In this document: piece after piece, positions 1 to 17,885 of the stretch
Layout of the letters: the number at the start of each line of letters is the position of its first letter
How positions within the stretch are numbered: the first letter of the stretch is position 1
Source of the DNA: Candidatus Oxydemutator sp.
Lineage (GTDB): Bacteria > Pseudomonadota > Gammaproteobacteria > Poriferisulfidales > Oxydemutatoraceae
Direction: 5' to 3'
DNA: 64,000 nucleotides
Assembly (NCBI GenBank): GCA_965203445.1
Contig: OZ241883.1
Coordinates: forward strand, 2,112,001 to 2,176,000
Translations under genes and position numbers: made by a program
Notes under the pieces: model-generated
Seen by the model: only the letters and a program-made list of their open reading frames with translations
What the model was told of the DNA's origin: nothing
Databases searched by the model: none

Positions 1-54
1 GCCGCCTGCGACGTCGCGCGCGGAACCCCGCTGTCGTGGAAGTTGCTCGTCTGA
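1..54 (+). CDS. 3' end of probable NeuB/PseI-family nonulosonate synthase (SAF domain), partial
   Basis: Frame 1 reads AACDVARGTPLSWKLLV*, resembling the 'DIxxGTPLSWDL' C-terminus of PseI/NeuB SAF domains; only 17 codons visible. Confidence 0.5.
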   Translation, partial: AACDVARGTPLSWKLLV

Positions 55-57
55 ACG

Positions 58-470
58 CTACCGAGAGACGGCCGCGGGCAACACGCTGATGTGCTCGGCG
101 CGCGCGGCGTTCGCCAAGGCGCGATCCAGCGTGGCCAGCGGCAGCGAGCGGCGCGTCGCCAGTTCCAGATAAACGGCGTTATACACGCTCAAGTCGTGGC
201 GCATCGCAAGAGACGCGGTCTTTTCCATTATCGCGTGCGAAAAAACCGCGTCGAACTCGACCGGCAAGACGGCCACGTAGGCCATGCAGCCGTTCGTGCA
301 TGCTACCTATATCCATTACCCGAAGTGCCGGCGTCTGGGACGTGGCGGATGCACACGCGGCGCGCGGCGACGACGCTTTTTCCACAGGCCATCCTCTATC
401 ATCCAATGCCACAACGTCTCGCTGCCAAAGCCTTGTGCGACATAGTCCACTTCTCCTGATTCATGGCACC
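58..470 (-). pseudogene. Degenerate VapC/PIN-domain toxin
   Basis: ORF 58-285 has LAMRHDLSVYNAVYLELATRRSLPLATLDRALANAA (PIN C-half, YDA changed to YNA); a weakly similar N-terminal part (LWHW..EDGL..KRR) lies in another frame; no antitoxin seen. Confidence 0.55.
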
Positions 471-507
471 TCCCGCAAGGGCTGTCGCAATGCCGCATTG
501 TGTCCAA

Positions 508-2079
508 TCAGGACGTTTGTGCTTCGGAGAATAGAACATTACTGCTTTGGGCTAACAGTTCTCCCCATCCGCCGCCGCCGGGGGTTTCTATTTGCAGACG
601 GTCGCCTGGGGTTGCAAAAAACGAGGTTTTGCCTGGCAATTCCCTGCCGTTGAGCGCGTTGCGACCGGCGACGCCGGGCTTGCCGCCCAGGCCCCACGGG
701 GCGTGGCGGCGGCGGTCGGTCAGCAGCGTGACCTGGGCCGGCGCCAGAAATTCGTATTCGCGCACCACGCCGCAGCCGCCCTGACGACGCCCGGCACCGC
801 CCGACCCACGGCGGATCGCGTAGCGGCGCACGCGCAGCGGATAGGCCATCTCTAACAATTCGGCGGGCGTGTTCAGCGTGTTGGTCATATGGCTGTGGGC
901 CGCGCTCTGGCCGTCGTAATCGCGGCCGGCGCCGAGACCGCCGCCAAGCGTCTCGTAATACGACCAGCCGGCGGCGGCGTCTCCGAACGCGACGCTGTTC
1001 ATCGTGCCCTGGCCGGCGGCCGGACAACGCTTTGGCAGCGCACGCGCGAGCGCGCCGAGCACGCAATCCACGACGCGCATGCTTGTCTCGGTGTTGCCGG
1101 CGGCGACGCCGCGGCCGGGCGCGGCGTTCAGCAGCGAGCCTTCGGGCACTTTCAGCGTGATCGCCTGGAACACTCCCTCGCAGGTCGGCGCATAATCCGG
1201 CAGCAGGCAGCGGAACACGTAATACACCGCCGATGCGGTCACCGCGACCGGGCAGTTGATATTGCCGCGCACCTGCGGCGAAGTCCCGGCGAAGTCCACT
1301 TCGATATGCGGCGCGCACACGCGCACACGCACGTGTATCGCAATATCGGTCGCGCCGAAACCGTCGTCGTCCATGACGTCGCCGAAGGCATACTCGCCGT
1401 CCGGTATCTCGGCAAAAAACGCGCGCGCCAGGCGCGAACCGTAGGCATTCAATTCGTCGCGCGCCTCAAGCCAGGCGTCGCTTCCGATGCGCTCGACCAA
1501 TTCCCCGAGACGTACAAGACCGGCACGGTTGGCACCGATCTGCGCCATGTAGTCGCCGTATTCGGCATCCGGATCGCACGAGGCGGAAACGAACGAAGCC
1601 AGCATCTCCTCGTCCGCCTCGCCCGCGTGCATGATCAGACGCGGCGGGATCAACAGCCCTTCTTCTTCGAGCGCCGACGACAACGGCATGCTCCCCGGCG
1701 CCTTCGCGCCGATGTCGGCGTGGTGGGCGCGGTTGGCGACGAAGCCGAGCAGTTCGCGCTCGCGGAAAAACGGCGCCACTAACGTCACGTCGGGCAGATG
1801 GGTGCCACCGCAGGCGGGATCGTTGAACACGACCATATCACCAACGCGCCAGCGAAAGCCTCCGACCACGTCGCGCAGCGCGTAGGCCATGCTGCCGAGA
1901 TGCACCGGCACGTCGGCGGCCTGCGCCAGCAGGCGCCCGCCGGCATCGAACACCGCGCAGGAGTAGTCGCGACGGTCGCGTATGTTCATCGAAAACGCGG
2001 TGCGCCGCAGGTGCGCCCCCATTTCCTCGCATACGGCCGCGGCGCGGCTTGCGAACAGGCCCAAAGCTATAGGCTCCAT
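508..2079 (-). CDS. Hydantoinase B / 5-oxoprolinase subunit family protein
   Basis: Motifs EEMG..LRRTAFS.NIRDRRDYSCA, HLGSM, GGTHLPD, HHADIG, YYETLGGG, TPGGGGWG. Confidence 0.92.
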   Translation of the reverse strand: MEPIALGLFASRAAAVCEEMGAHLRRTAFSMNIRDRRDYSCAVFDAGGRLLAQAADVPVHLGSMAYALRDVVGGFRWRVGDMVVFNDPACGGTHLPDVTLVAPFFRERELLGFVANRAHHADIGAKAPGSMPLSSALEEEGLLIPPRLIMHAGEADEEMLASFVSASCDPDAEYGDYMAQIGANRAGLVRLGELVERIGSDAWLEARDELNAYGSRLARAFFAEIPDGEYAFGDVMDDDGFGATDIAIHVRVRVCAPHIEVDFAGTSPQVRGNINCPVAVTASAVYYVFRCLLPDYAPTCEGVFQAITLKVPEGSLLNAAPGRGVAAGNTETSMRVVDCVLGALARALPKRCPAAGQGTMNSVAFGDAAAGWSYYETLGGGLGAGRDYDGQSAAHSHMTNTLNTPAELLEMAYPLRVRRYAIRRGSGGAGRRQGGCGVVREYEFLAPAQVTLLTDRRRHAPWGLGGKPGVAGRNALNGRELPGKTSFFATPGDRLQIETPGGGGWGELLAQSSNVLFSEAQTS

Positions 2080-2185
2080 CGCCCTGCCGCTTTCAAAAAA
2101 GCCCCATCTGTAATAGGATGATCAACGGGATAACCAACGCTTTGACGCGCCGACCGCGAGTCGAACAACCACGGAGGAAAACAGC

Positions 2186-2263
2186 ATGAATCCATTGAAC
2201 TCGGTAACCGGCACCATCGTGAGCGGTTTTATTGTAGCAATAATCATCAGCTACATTCTTTGA
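2186..2263 (+). CDS. 25-aa single-TM small protein MNPLNSVTGTIVSGFIVAIIISYIL (below ORF-track cutoff)
   Basis: Strong SD GGAGGA 7 nt before ATG 2186; hydrophobic helix; stop followed by a second SD (AGGAGG) for the next gene. Confidence 0.7.
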   Translation: MNPLNSVTGTIVSGFIVAIIISYIL

Positions 2264-2278
2264 GCAGGAGGAATTGAC

Positions 2279-2821
2279 ATGGACATAATAATGGGATCAA
2301 TCATCGTATGGCTGCACGTGTTCGTCGGCATTATCTGGATAGGGTTGCTTTACTATTTCAACTTCGTGCAGGTGCCGGCGGTCGCCGAAGCCGCCGGCGA
2401 CAAGGACGGGCCCGGCCCGGCCGCCATCAACCGCTACGTGGCGCCGCGCGCGCTGGCGTGGTTCCGCTACGCGGCGCTGCTGACGTGGCTGACCGGCGCC
2501 GCCGCGCTCGAGATCGTATTGGGTCCCGGCAGCTTCACCGACGCCTTCGCCAGCATCTTCAGCCCCGGCGCCTATCCGTCGGAGATCGTGATCATCGGCA
2601 CCGGCGCGTGGCTCGGCACGATCATGCTGTTCAACGTGTGGGGGCTGATCTGGCCGAACCAGAAGAAAATTCTTGGGCTGGGCGGCGTCGAGGCGAGCGA
2701 CGAGGAGAAAGCCAAAGCCAAGAAAATCGCGCTGATGGCGTCGCGCACCAACACGCTGCTATCCATCCCGATGCTGATGTGCATGGTCGGCGGCGGCATG
2801 GGGCACGGCCTGCCGTTCTGA
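2279..2821 (+). CDS. Urate hydroxylase PuuD / Urate_ox_N (DUF989) membrane protein, without cytochrome c domain
   Basis: WLHVFVGIIWIGLLYYFNFVQ, APRALAWFRYAA, IMLFNVWGLIWPNQKK, ASRTNTLLSIPML motifs. Confidence 0.8.
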   Translation: MDIIMGSIIVWLHVFVGIIWIGLLYYFNFVQVPAVAEAAGDKDGPGPAAINRYVAPRALAWFRYAALLTWLTGAAALEIVLGPGSFTDAFASIFSPGAYPSEIVIIGTGAWLGTIMLFNVWGLIWPNQKKILGLGGVEASDEEKAKAKKIALMASRTNTLLSIPMLMCMVGGGMGHGLPF

Positions 2822-2886
2822 GCGGCGCACTGGTGTAAGCGTCCGCTCGCGCGGGCAAAGCCCTCGCAAGCGGACGCCGGCGAGGG

Positions 2887-3141
2887 CTACCGCCCCGGTT
2901 TGCGCGCGGGCTTGTCGCCCACGCGCGGCAACACTATGTTCAGCACTTCGTCGGTGTTGAACAGCAGCTTGACCACGACGCCGTCGGGAATCTCCAGTCC
3001 TTCCTCGCGCAGCACCCGCGTCGGATCGGCGTCGAGCCGTGCCCTGAAATCGGAATCGCCGTAATAGCGGGCTACGATGCCCGCGAAAATTTCCCGGCTC
3101 TGGTCGAAATCCTCGTCGGTGGCTTCGTCGGCAGGCCTCAT
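2887..3141 (-). CDS. Nitrile-hydratase-like leader peptide (NHLP) family protein, 84 aa, no evident core peptide
   Basis: IVARYYGDSDFRARLDADPTRVLREEGLEIPDGVVVKLLFNTDEVLNIVLP matches the NHLP leader pattern (D..FR..L..DP..VL.E.G..P...V...NT......VLP). Confidence 0.7.
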   Translation of the reverse strand: MRPADEATDEDFDQSREIFAGIVARYYGDSDFRARLDADPTRVLREEGLEIPDGVVVKLLFNTDEVLNIVLPRVGDKPARKPGR

Positions 3142-3162
3142 CAGACTCTTCGGTGCAGTGCC

Positions 3163-3256
3163 GTGCCGTCCATGGCTTCGGCGCGCCCACGGCAGCAGCA
3201 GTTGCAGCTGTGCCAGCACGTGGGTGCAGTGCCGTCCATGGCTTCGGCGCACCCAC
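3163..3256. repeat. Two 28-bp direct repeats GTGCCGTCCATGGCTTCGGCGCRCCCAC, 66 bp apart
   Basis: Copies at 3163-3190 and 3229-3256, one mismatch. Confidence 0.85.
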
Positions 3257-3288
3257 TATAAACGTGAAACCACGGCGAATCAAGCGCG

Positions 3289-3994
3289 TGTATGAGGCCA
3301 CCACATTCTGGACAAATGAGGTAGTTGTTTTTGGATGGCTTGGCACGGGGTGATATTCCCCAGGCTCCGGTGCGGGCGCTCGCCGTTGTAGCGTTCCAGA
3401 TACCTGAACAACGCATCGTTGAAAGCATACAGATCATCAAATAATCTGTCTTCCCGGTAGTCCACGAACTCCTCCTGCACGGTTCTGTTGAAGCGCTCGC
3501 ATAATGCGTTCATCTTCGGACAACGCGGGTAAGTGTAACAGTGTTCTATACCCGCACGCTTCAGGTATTCGTCGAACTCTCCCTGATACTCGCTGCCGTT
3601 GTCCGTCAGCACTTTCTCGATGCGCCCCGGAAACACTTCGCACACCAGGCGCATGAAACACGCCGCGTCGCGACTGCTGGCGCGGCGACTGGCCAACGCC
3701 AACGCAAAGCGACTGCTGTGATCCGTCGCCGTGAAGATATGGCGGCGACTGTTTCTCACGAAGCGCACTATCGTATCAACCGCCACGCAATGGCCTGCAT
3801 GCCCGGCATGGAAGTCTTTGCCCAAGCGCTGGCGCGGTCGGCGCTTGAACTCCTTGCGCCGACCGCGACTGTCCAGGCGAACCGCCACCTTGCGCATCTT
3901 GTCCGGGGCATCCGCTATCAGGCGGCCTATCGTGCGCTCCCCGGGACATCTCACCCCGCGCTTGGCGCACCACGCAACCAGCAGCACGTGAACC
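3289..3994 (-). mobile_element. 5'-truncated IS481-like element with rve/DDE transposase (ORF 3280-3987)
   Basis: DDE core VAVDT..., LTDNGSEY, P.MNALCERFNRTVQEEF, YNGERPHRSLG; TGT terminus at 3289; N-terminal HTH missing. Confidence 0.8.
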
Positions 3995-4135
3995 TGTACG
4001 GGGCCACCACATTCTGGACAAATGGGGTAGTTGTTTTTGGATGGCTAGTCACGGGGTGACGTTCCCCAAACCCCAGCGTTCCATATACGTGAATAACGCA
4101 TCGTTGAAACCGCACAAATCATCGAAACGTCTGAT
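3995..4135 (-). mobile_element. Second, decayed right-end fragment of the same IS481-like element
   Basis: TGTACGGGGCCACCACATTCTGGACAAATGGGGTAGTTGTTTTTGGATGGCT near-identical to 3289-3340; encodes FDDL..FNDALF.Y.ER/GNVTP*LAIQKQLPHLSRMWWP with an internal deletion and a stop. Confidence 0.75.
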
Positions 4136-4225
4136 AGTTACCGCAGGAATATTCGTGTCGGCCATAATTTCTCCCGTCTGTAATATTGTATAGGGGTTAC
4201 TCTCCGGCAGGAGCTTTGCTCCCGA

Positions 4226-10454
<6,229 letters not shown>

Positions 10455-10550
10455 CGTCCGCGCCGCGTCGGGATAGTCGTTAGAATGGCCGTTGGAATGG
10501 CCGCAAGAATTGCCTTACAATCAGCCATTGCGGCAATCAAAGGTGTGACT

Positions 10551-10967
10551 GTGCCCGGCCACGTGAATAAAAATCTGGAGACTTTCCGAAATCCGGAACC
10601 CGGAAGGGATTATACCATCCATTTCGAGGTGCCGGAGTTCACCTGCCTGTGTCCGCTCACCGGCCAGCCCGACTTCGCGCAGCTGTTCATCGCCTACGTA
10701 CCCGACCGCCTGTGCGTCGAGTTGAAAAGCCTCAAGAATTACATCTGGAGCTATAGAAACAAGGGCGCTTTCCACGAAGCCGTCAGCAACGAAATTCTCG
10801 ACGACTTGTGTGCGTTGCTGAAGCCGCGCTTCATGCGCCTGACCGCCGAGTTCAACGTGCGCGGCGGCATCGCCGCCAGCGTCGTCGTCGAACACCGCAT
10901 GGAGGGTTGGGACGAGGACGAGTTAGTCGAGGAAATAGGCAGCTGGGAGCGAAAATACCAACATTAG
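10551..10967 (+). CDS. queF: NADPH-dependent 7-cyano-7-deazaguanine reductase (type I)
   Basis: [25 protein letters not shown] motif, VRGGI. Confidence 0.95.
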   Translation: MPGHVNKNLETFRNPEPGRDYTIHFEVPEFTCLCPLTGQPDFAQLFIAYVPDRLCVELKSLKNYIWSYRNKGAFHEAVSNEILDDLCALLKPRFMRLTAEFNVRGGIAASVVVEHRMEGWDEDELVEEIGSWERKYQH

Positions 10968-10999
10968 GTGCTCGCGTCTCTCCCTTTTCCTTCGCCGGA

Positions 11000-12388
11000 T
11001 CATCGAAAGTGGTCGTAGCCGAGCGAGCGCGGCAGGGCCAGTTCCGCATCCTGCCAGGTGCAGCGCAAAGCGGTGTCCCCGGTGACGCGGCCGATACGGG
11101 CGACGCCGCATTCGCCGAGCGCGTTTTCGAGATCGGACAGATGCGCGTCGTCCATCGTGAACAGCAGCTCGTAGTCCTCGCCGTAGGTCAGCACCGACAA
11201 CCAGTCGGCGGCATCGGGGCAGCAACGCCGAAACCACCGCGAGACCGGCACGCCGTCGAGCGCCACTTCGGCGCCGACGCCGGAGGCCGCGAGCAGCCGC
11301 GACAGGTCTTTCAGCAGGCCGTCCGACACGTCAATCGCGGCGCTCGCGTATTGCGCGACGTGCCTGCCTTGCGCAACGCGCGCCGGCGGGCGCCGCCGTC
11401 TTTCGCGGCAGGCGTCGACGGCGCCGGCGCCGCAGCGATTGAGGCGTTCGGCGCGACGCGCGGCCAGACCGGCGTCGCCGACCACGCCGGTCAGATAGAC
11501 TCCGTCGCCGGCGCGCGCGCCGGCGCGGGACATATATCCGTCGCCGGCGACTCCGATCAACTGCACCGCGACCGACAGCGGCCCGCGCGCGGTATCGCCG
11601 CCGACCAGCGCGACCCGGTGGCGCGCGGCCAAGCCGAAAAACCCCTCGCCAAACCGCATAACCCACTCTTCGTCGGCGCGCGGCAACGTCAACACCAACA
11701 ACGCCCAACGCGGCTCGGCGCCCATCGCGGCCAGGTCGCTCAGGTTGACCGCGAGCGCCTTGTGACCGACGTCTCCGGCGTCGGCGTCGGCGTCGAAATG
11801 GGTGCCGGCGACCAGTGCGTCGGTCGTGACCACGAGCCGCCCGGCGGGCCGCTCCAACACCGCGGCGTCGTCGCCGATACCGACGACGACGCCGCACGCG
11901 CCGGCCCGCCCAAGCGCGCGCACCCAGTATTTTCTGATCAGCGCGTCCTCGTCCAATCCGTCGCCGCGGCAGCGTTTTGCAAGACGGTCGAGAACGCCGT
12001 TGACAAAGCGGTAGCCCCGTTCGGCGCCGTACTTCTTCGCCAGACGCACGGCCTCGGTGATGACGACGGCGGCGTCCACGTCGTCGCGGCGCAGAACCTC
12101 GTAGCCGGCGTTGCGCAGGATCGCGCGCTCTATCGGATCCACGTCCTCGAGCGCCATATCCATGCACTGTTCGAGGTCGCCGTCCGCGCTTTTGGCGACG
12201 GCGGCGTGCAGCAATTCCTTAAAGTATCCGGCGTCGGCCTTGGCGTAGTCGTCGTCGCGCGCGAATTGGCCCTCGATATCGGCGACGTCCTGGCCGGTCA
12301 TCTGCCACTGATAGACCGCCTGGATCGCAAGCCGTCGCGCACGGCTGCGGGCGTAAAACGGGACGCGCCCGGGCGCGGACTTGCTCAT
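11000..12388 (-). CDS. nusB-thiL: In-frame fusion of NusB antitermination factor (N-terminal) and thiamine-monophosphate kinase ThiL (from about 11956)
   Basis: RSRARRLAIQAVYQW...FVNGVLD (NusB), then with no stop LDEDALIRKY..GIGDDAA, VNLSDLAAMGA, GGDT, DVSDGL, GEDYELLFT (ThiL). Confidence 0.9.
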   Translation of the reverse strand: MSKSAPGRVPFYARSRARRLAIQAVYQWQMTGQDVADIEGQFARDDDYAKADAGYFKELLHAAVAKSADGDLEQCMDMALEDVDPIERAILRNAGYEVLRRDDVDAAVVITEAVRLAKKYGAERGYRFVNGVLDRLAKRCRGDGLDEDALIRKYWVRALGRAGACGVVVGIGDDAAVLERPAGRLVVTTDALVAGTHFDADADAGDVGHKALAVNLSDLAAMGAEPRWALLVLTLPRADEEWVMRFGEGFFGLAARHRVALVGGDTARGPLSVAVQLIGVAGDGYMSRAGARAGDGVYLTGVVGDAGLAARRAERLNRCGAGAVDACRERRRRPPARVAQGRHVAQYASAAIDVSDGLLKDLSRLLAASGVGAEVALDGVPVSRWFRRCCPDAADWLSVLTYGEDYELLFTMDDAHLSDLENALGECGVARIGRVTGDTALRCTWQDAELALPRSLGYDHFR

Positions 12389-12933
12389 TTGTCCCAGGTG
12401 ACGTCAAGCCACTGCCCGGGCGCGGGACGAGACGGCTGTGACTGTGCATACATACGTATCTCATCAAGCCCGCGCACCAGATTGGCCATCGTCAGCGCGG
12501 CCGACGCGGCCTCGTAGCCGCGGTTTCTGGCGTCGTCCCGGCAGCGCGCCAGCGCCACGGCCTTGTTGTCCACGGCGAGCACGCCGAAGCCTATCGGAAC
12601 GCCGGTGCGCGACGTCAAGCGCGCGATACCACGGCTGCATTCGCCGACGACGTGATCAAAATGCGGCGTCCGTCCGCGTATGACGCAACCGACGGCGACC
12701 AGCGCGTCGCATAGTTTCGGTTCTTGCGCGACAAGGCAGCGCGCGGCCAGCGGAATCTCGAACGCGCCGGGCACGCGCACGACGTCGACGCGGCGCACGT
12801 CGTGCTCGCGCAACGCGCGCAGCGCGCCCTCGATCAGACGCTCGACCACGTCGTCGTTGTAGCGCGAGGCGACGACGCCGAAACGCAGACCGCGCCCGTT
12901 TGTCTTGCCCTCGATGCGACGCGCTTTAAGCAC
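12385..12933 (-). CDS. ribH: 6,7-dimethyl-8-ribityllumazine synthase
   Basis: SRYN, VPGAFEIP, GCVIRGRTPHFD, PIGFGVL. Confidence 0.95.
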   Translation of the reverse strand: MLKARRIEGKTNGRGLRFGVVASRYNDDVVERLIEGALRALREHDVRRVDVVRVPGAFEIPLAARCLVAQEPKLCDALVAVGCVIRGRTPHFDHVVGECSRGIARLTSRTGVPIGFGVLAVDNKAVALARCRDDARNRGYEAASAALTMANLVRGLDEIRMYAQSQPSRPAPGQWLDVTWDK

Positions 12934-14029
12934 CGACGTAGTCCTCGATGGACAAACCGAAACCGCCCAAGGCGTGGAAGCGCTGCGGCGAGCTCATCAG
13001 GCGCATTTTGCCGACGCCCAAGTCGCTCAATATCTGTCCGCCGACGCCGAGCGTCCAGCGTTCGCCGGGCACGTTGGGATCGGCGCGCGGCGTCCCGCCA
13101 CCGCCGACGGCGGCGAGCCACGCGCGCAACTCGCGTTCGTTCTCGGGGCGGCGCAAAACGACGGCGACGCCGCGGCCCTCGCGCGAGATCCGTTGCAGCG
13201 CGTCGCCCAGGCTCCAGCCGCTTCCGGTATCCACGCCGAGCGCGTCGCGCAACACGTTTTCGACGTGCACCCGCACCAGCACCGGCTGCGACCGGCGTAT
13301 CTCGCCCTTGACCAGGGCCAGGTGCACGACGCCGTGCACCAGATCCTCGTAGGCGTGGAGCATGAAATCGCCGTAGCGCGTCACAACCGGCGCGACCGTG
13401 CCCGCGGTCACGGTGCGCTCGCGCGCGACGCGGTAGCGAATCAGATCCTCGACCGTGCCGATCTTCAGGCCATGGCGCTTTGCGAAGACCTCGAGGTCGG
13501 CAAGGCGCGCCATCGAGCCGTCCTCGTTCAGAATCTCGACGATGACCGCGGCCGGCTCGGACACGCCGGCGAGCCGCGCCAGGTCGCATCCGGCCTCGGT
13601 GTGCCCGGCGCGCGTCAGCACGCCGCCCGGCTGCGCCATCAGCGGGAACACGTGCCCCGGCTGCACGATGCCCTCGGGGCCGACGGCGGGGTCGGCGGCG
13701 GTGCGTATCGTGTGCGCGCGGTCGTGCGCCGAGATGCCGGTGCTGACGCCTTCGGCGGCCTCTATCGAAACCGTGAAATTGGTCGCCAGACGGTCGTCGG
13801 TGCCGCGCACCATCAGCGGCAGCCGCAGGCGCTCACAGCGCTCGCGCGTAAGCGTCAGGCACAGCAGCCCGCGCCCGTGGGTGACCATGAAATTGACGTC
13901 GCGCGGCGTCGCCAGACTCGCCGCCATGACCAGATCGCCCTCGTTCTCGCGGCCCTCGTCGTCGACGATGACGACCATGCGCCCGGCGCGGACGTCGGCT
14001 AGCAGTTGTTCGACGGTTGCGCGCGGCAT
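12926..14029 (-). CDS. ribB: DHBP synthase fused to degenerate GTP cyclohydrolase II domain (RibBA/RibBX)
   Basis: DDEGRENEGD, TNFTVSIEA, GISAHDR, RAGHTE; C-domain VRVH lacks the Zn-binding Cys residues. Confidence 0.92.
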   Translation of the reverse strand: MPRATVEQLLADVRAGRMVVIVDDEGRENEGDLVMAASLATPRDVNFMVTHGRGLLCLTLTRERCERLRLPLMVRGTDDRLATNFTVSIEAAEGVSTGISAHDRAHTIRTAADPAVGPEGIVQPGHVFPLMAQPGGVLTRAGHTEAGCDLARLAGVSEPAAVIVEILNEDGSMARLADLEVFAKRHGLKIGTVEDLIRYRVARERTVTAGTVAPVVTRYGDFMLHAYEDLVHGVVHLALVKGEIRRSQPVLVRVHVENVLRDALGVDTGSGWSLGDALQRISREGRGVAVVLRRPENERELRAWLAAVGGGGTPRADPNVPGERWTLGVGGQILSDLGVGKMRLMSSPQRFHALGGFGLSIEDYVGA

Positions 14030-14038
14030 GCGGGCGGA

Positions 14039-15334
14039 TCACGGGCGGCGCGACGACAGAAACCTCTCGAAAACGCCGCTTCCGGCGAAGCCGGCGTCGG
14101 CGCCCAGTTCCTCCTCGATGCGCATCAACTGGTTGTACTTGGCGACGCGGTCGGTGCGGCACAGCGAACCGGTCTTGATCTGGCCGACGCCGGCGGCGAC
14201 CGCAAGATCGGCTATGGTAACGTCCTCGGTCTCGCCCGAGCGGTGCGACATCACGCAGTTGTAGCCGGCCTCGCGCGCCAGCTCCACCGCCGCCAGCGTC
14301 TCGGTCAGCGTGCCGATCTGATTCGGCTTGATCAGCACCGAGTTGGCCACGCCCTTCTCTATGCCCTTCCTGATGATCTCGACGTTGGTCACGAACAAAT
14401 CGTCGCCGACGAGCTGCACCTTGTCGTCGAGTTTTGCGGTCAGCGCCCGCCAGCCGTCCCAGTCGTCCTCGGCCATGCCGTCCTCGATGGACAATATCGG
14501 ATATTTTTCGACCCACTGCGAGAGGCAATCGAGAAAAGCGGCGGTGTCGTAATGGCGCTGATCCGACGGCAATTTGTAGAAGCCGCCCTCGAACAATTCG
14601 GAAGCGGCGACGTCGAGCGCCAGAAAAATATCGCGCCCCGCGCGGTAGCCGCCGGCCTCGACGGCTTCGAGAATGATCTCGATCGCGGCCTCGTTCGAGG
14701 CCAAGTTCGGGGCGACGCCGCCCTCGTCGCCGACGGTGGTGCTGAAACCGCGTTCGGCGAGCACGCGGTTCAACGAATAAAAAATCTCGGCGCCGACGCG
14801 TATCGTCTCGCGCACGTTGGCGCCGCCTATCGGCACGATCATGAATTCCTGGACGTCGACGTTGTTGCTCGCGTGCGAACCGCCGTTTAAGATGTTGATC
14901 ATCGGCATCGGCAGCAGCGGCGCGCGTCCGTCGGCGAGATAGCGATACAACGCGACGCCCTCGACCATGGCCGCGGCGCGCGCCGCCGCCAGCGACACCG
15001 CCAGCGTCGCGTTCGCGCCGAGGCGGCTTTTGTCGGCGCTACCGTCGAGCTCGATCATCGCGCGATCGACGCCGCGTTGTTCGCGCACGTCCATGCCGAG
15101 CAGCGCGTCGCGGATTTCGGTGCGCACGTTGGCGACCGCGCCGCATACGCCGCGGCCGTGAAATCGCGCGTCGTCCCGGTCGCGCAATTCGACCGCCTCG
15201 AGCGAGCCGGTGGATGCGCCGGACGGCACCGACGCGCGCCCGACGACGCCGGCCACGGCGACCTCGGCCTCGACCGTGGGGTTGCCGCGCGAGTCCAGAA
15301 TCTCGCGCGCGCGAACGTCGGTGATCCTGCCCAT
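14039..15334 (-). CDS. eno: Enolase
   Basis: [34 protein letters not shown]. Confidence 0.98.
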   Translation of the reverse strand: MGRITDVRAREILDSRGNPTVEAEVAVAGVVGRASVPSGASTGSLEAVELRDRDDARFHGRGVCGAVANVRTEIRDALLGMDVREQRGVDRAMIELDGSADKSRLGANATLAVSLAAARAAAMVEGVALYRYLADGRAPLLPMPMINILNGGSHASNNVDVQEFMIVPIGGANVRETIRVGAEIFYSLNRVLAERGFSTTVGDEGGVAPNLASNEAAIEIILEAVEAGGYRAGRDIFLALDVAASELFEGGFYKLPSDQRHYDTAAFLDCLSQWVEKYPILSIEDGMAEDDWDGWRALTAKLDDKVQLVGDDLFVTNVEIIRKGIEKGVANSVLIKPNQIGTLTETLAAVELAREAGYNCVMSHRSGETEDVTIADLAVAAGVGQIKTGSLCRTDRVAKYNQLMRIEEELGADAGFAGSGVFERFLSSRRP

Positions 15335-15354
15335 CAGCGCGGCGGCGCGCCGTT

Positions 15355-17885
<2,531 letters not shown>

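Noticed and set aside
3163-3256. 28-bp repeats with a 38-bp spacer as a mini CRISPR array
   Set aside because: Only two units, no leader and no cas genes in the window; the spacing is a multiple of three, compatible with a coding repeat
3289-4046. About 50-bp direct repeats as LTR-like ends of the transposase
   Set aside because: Both copies encode the transposase C-terminus, so they are two right ends of separate copies
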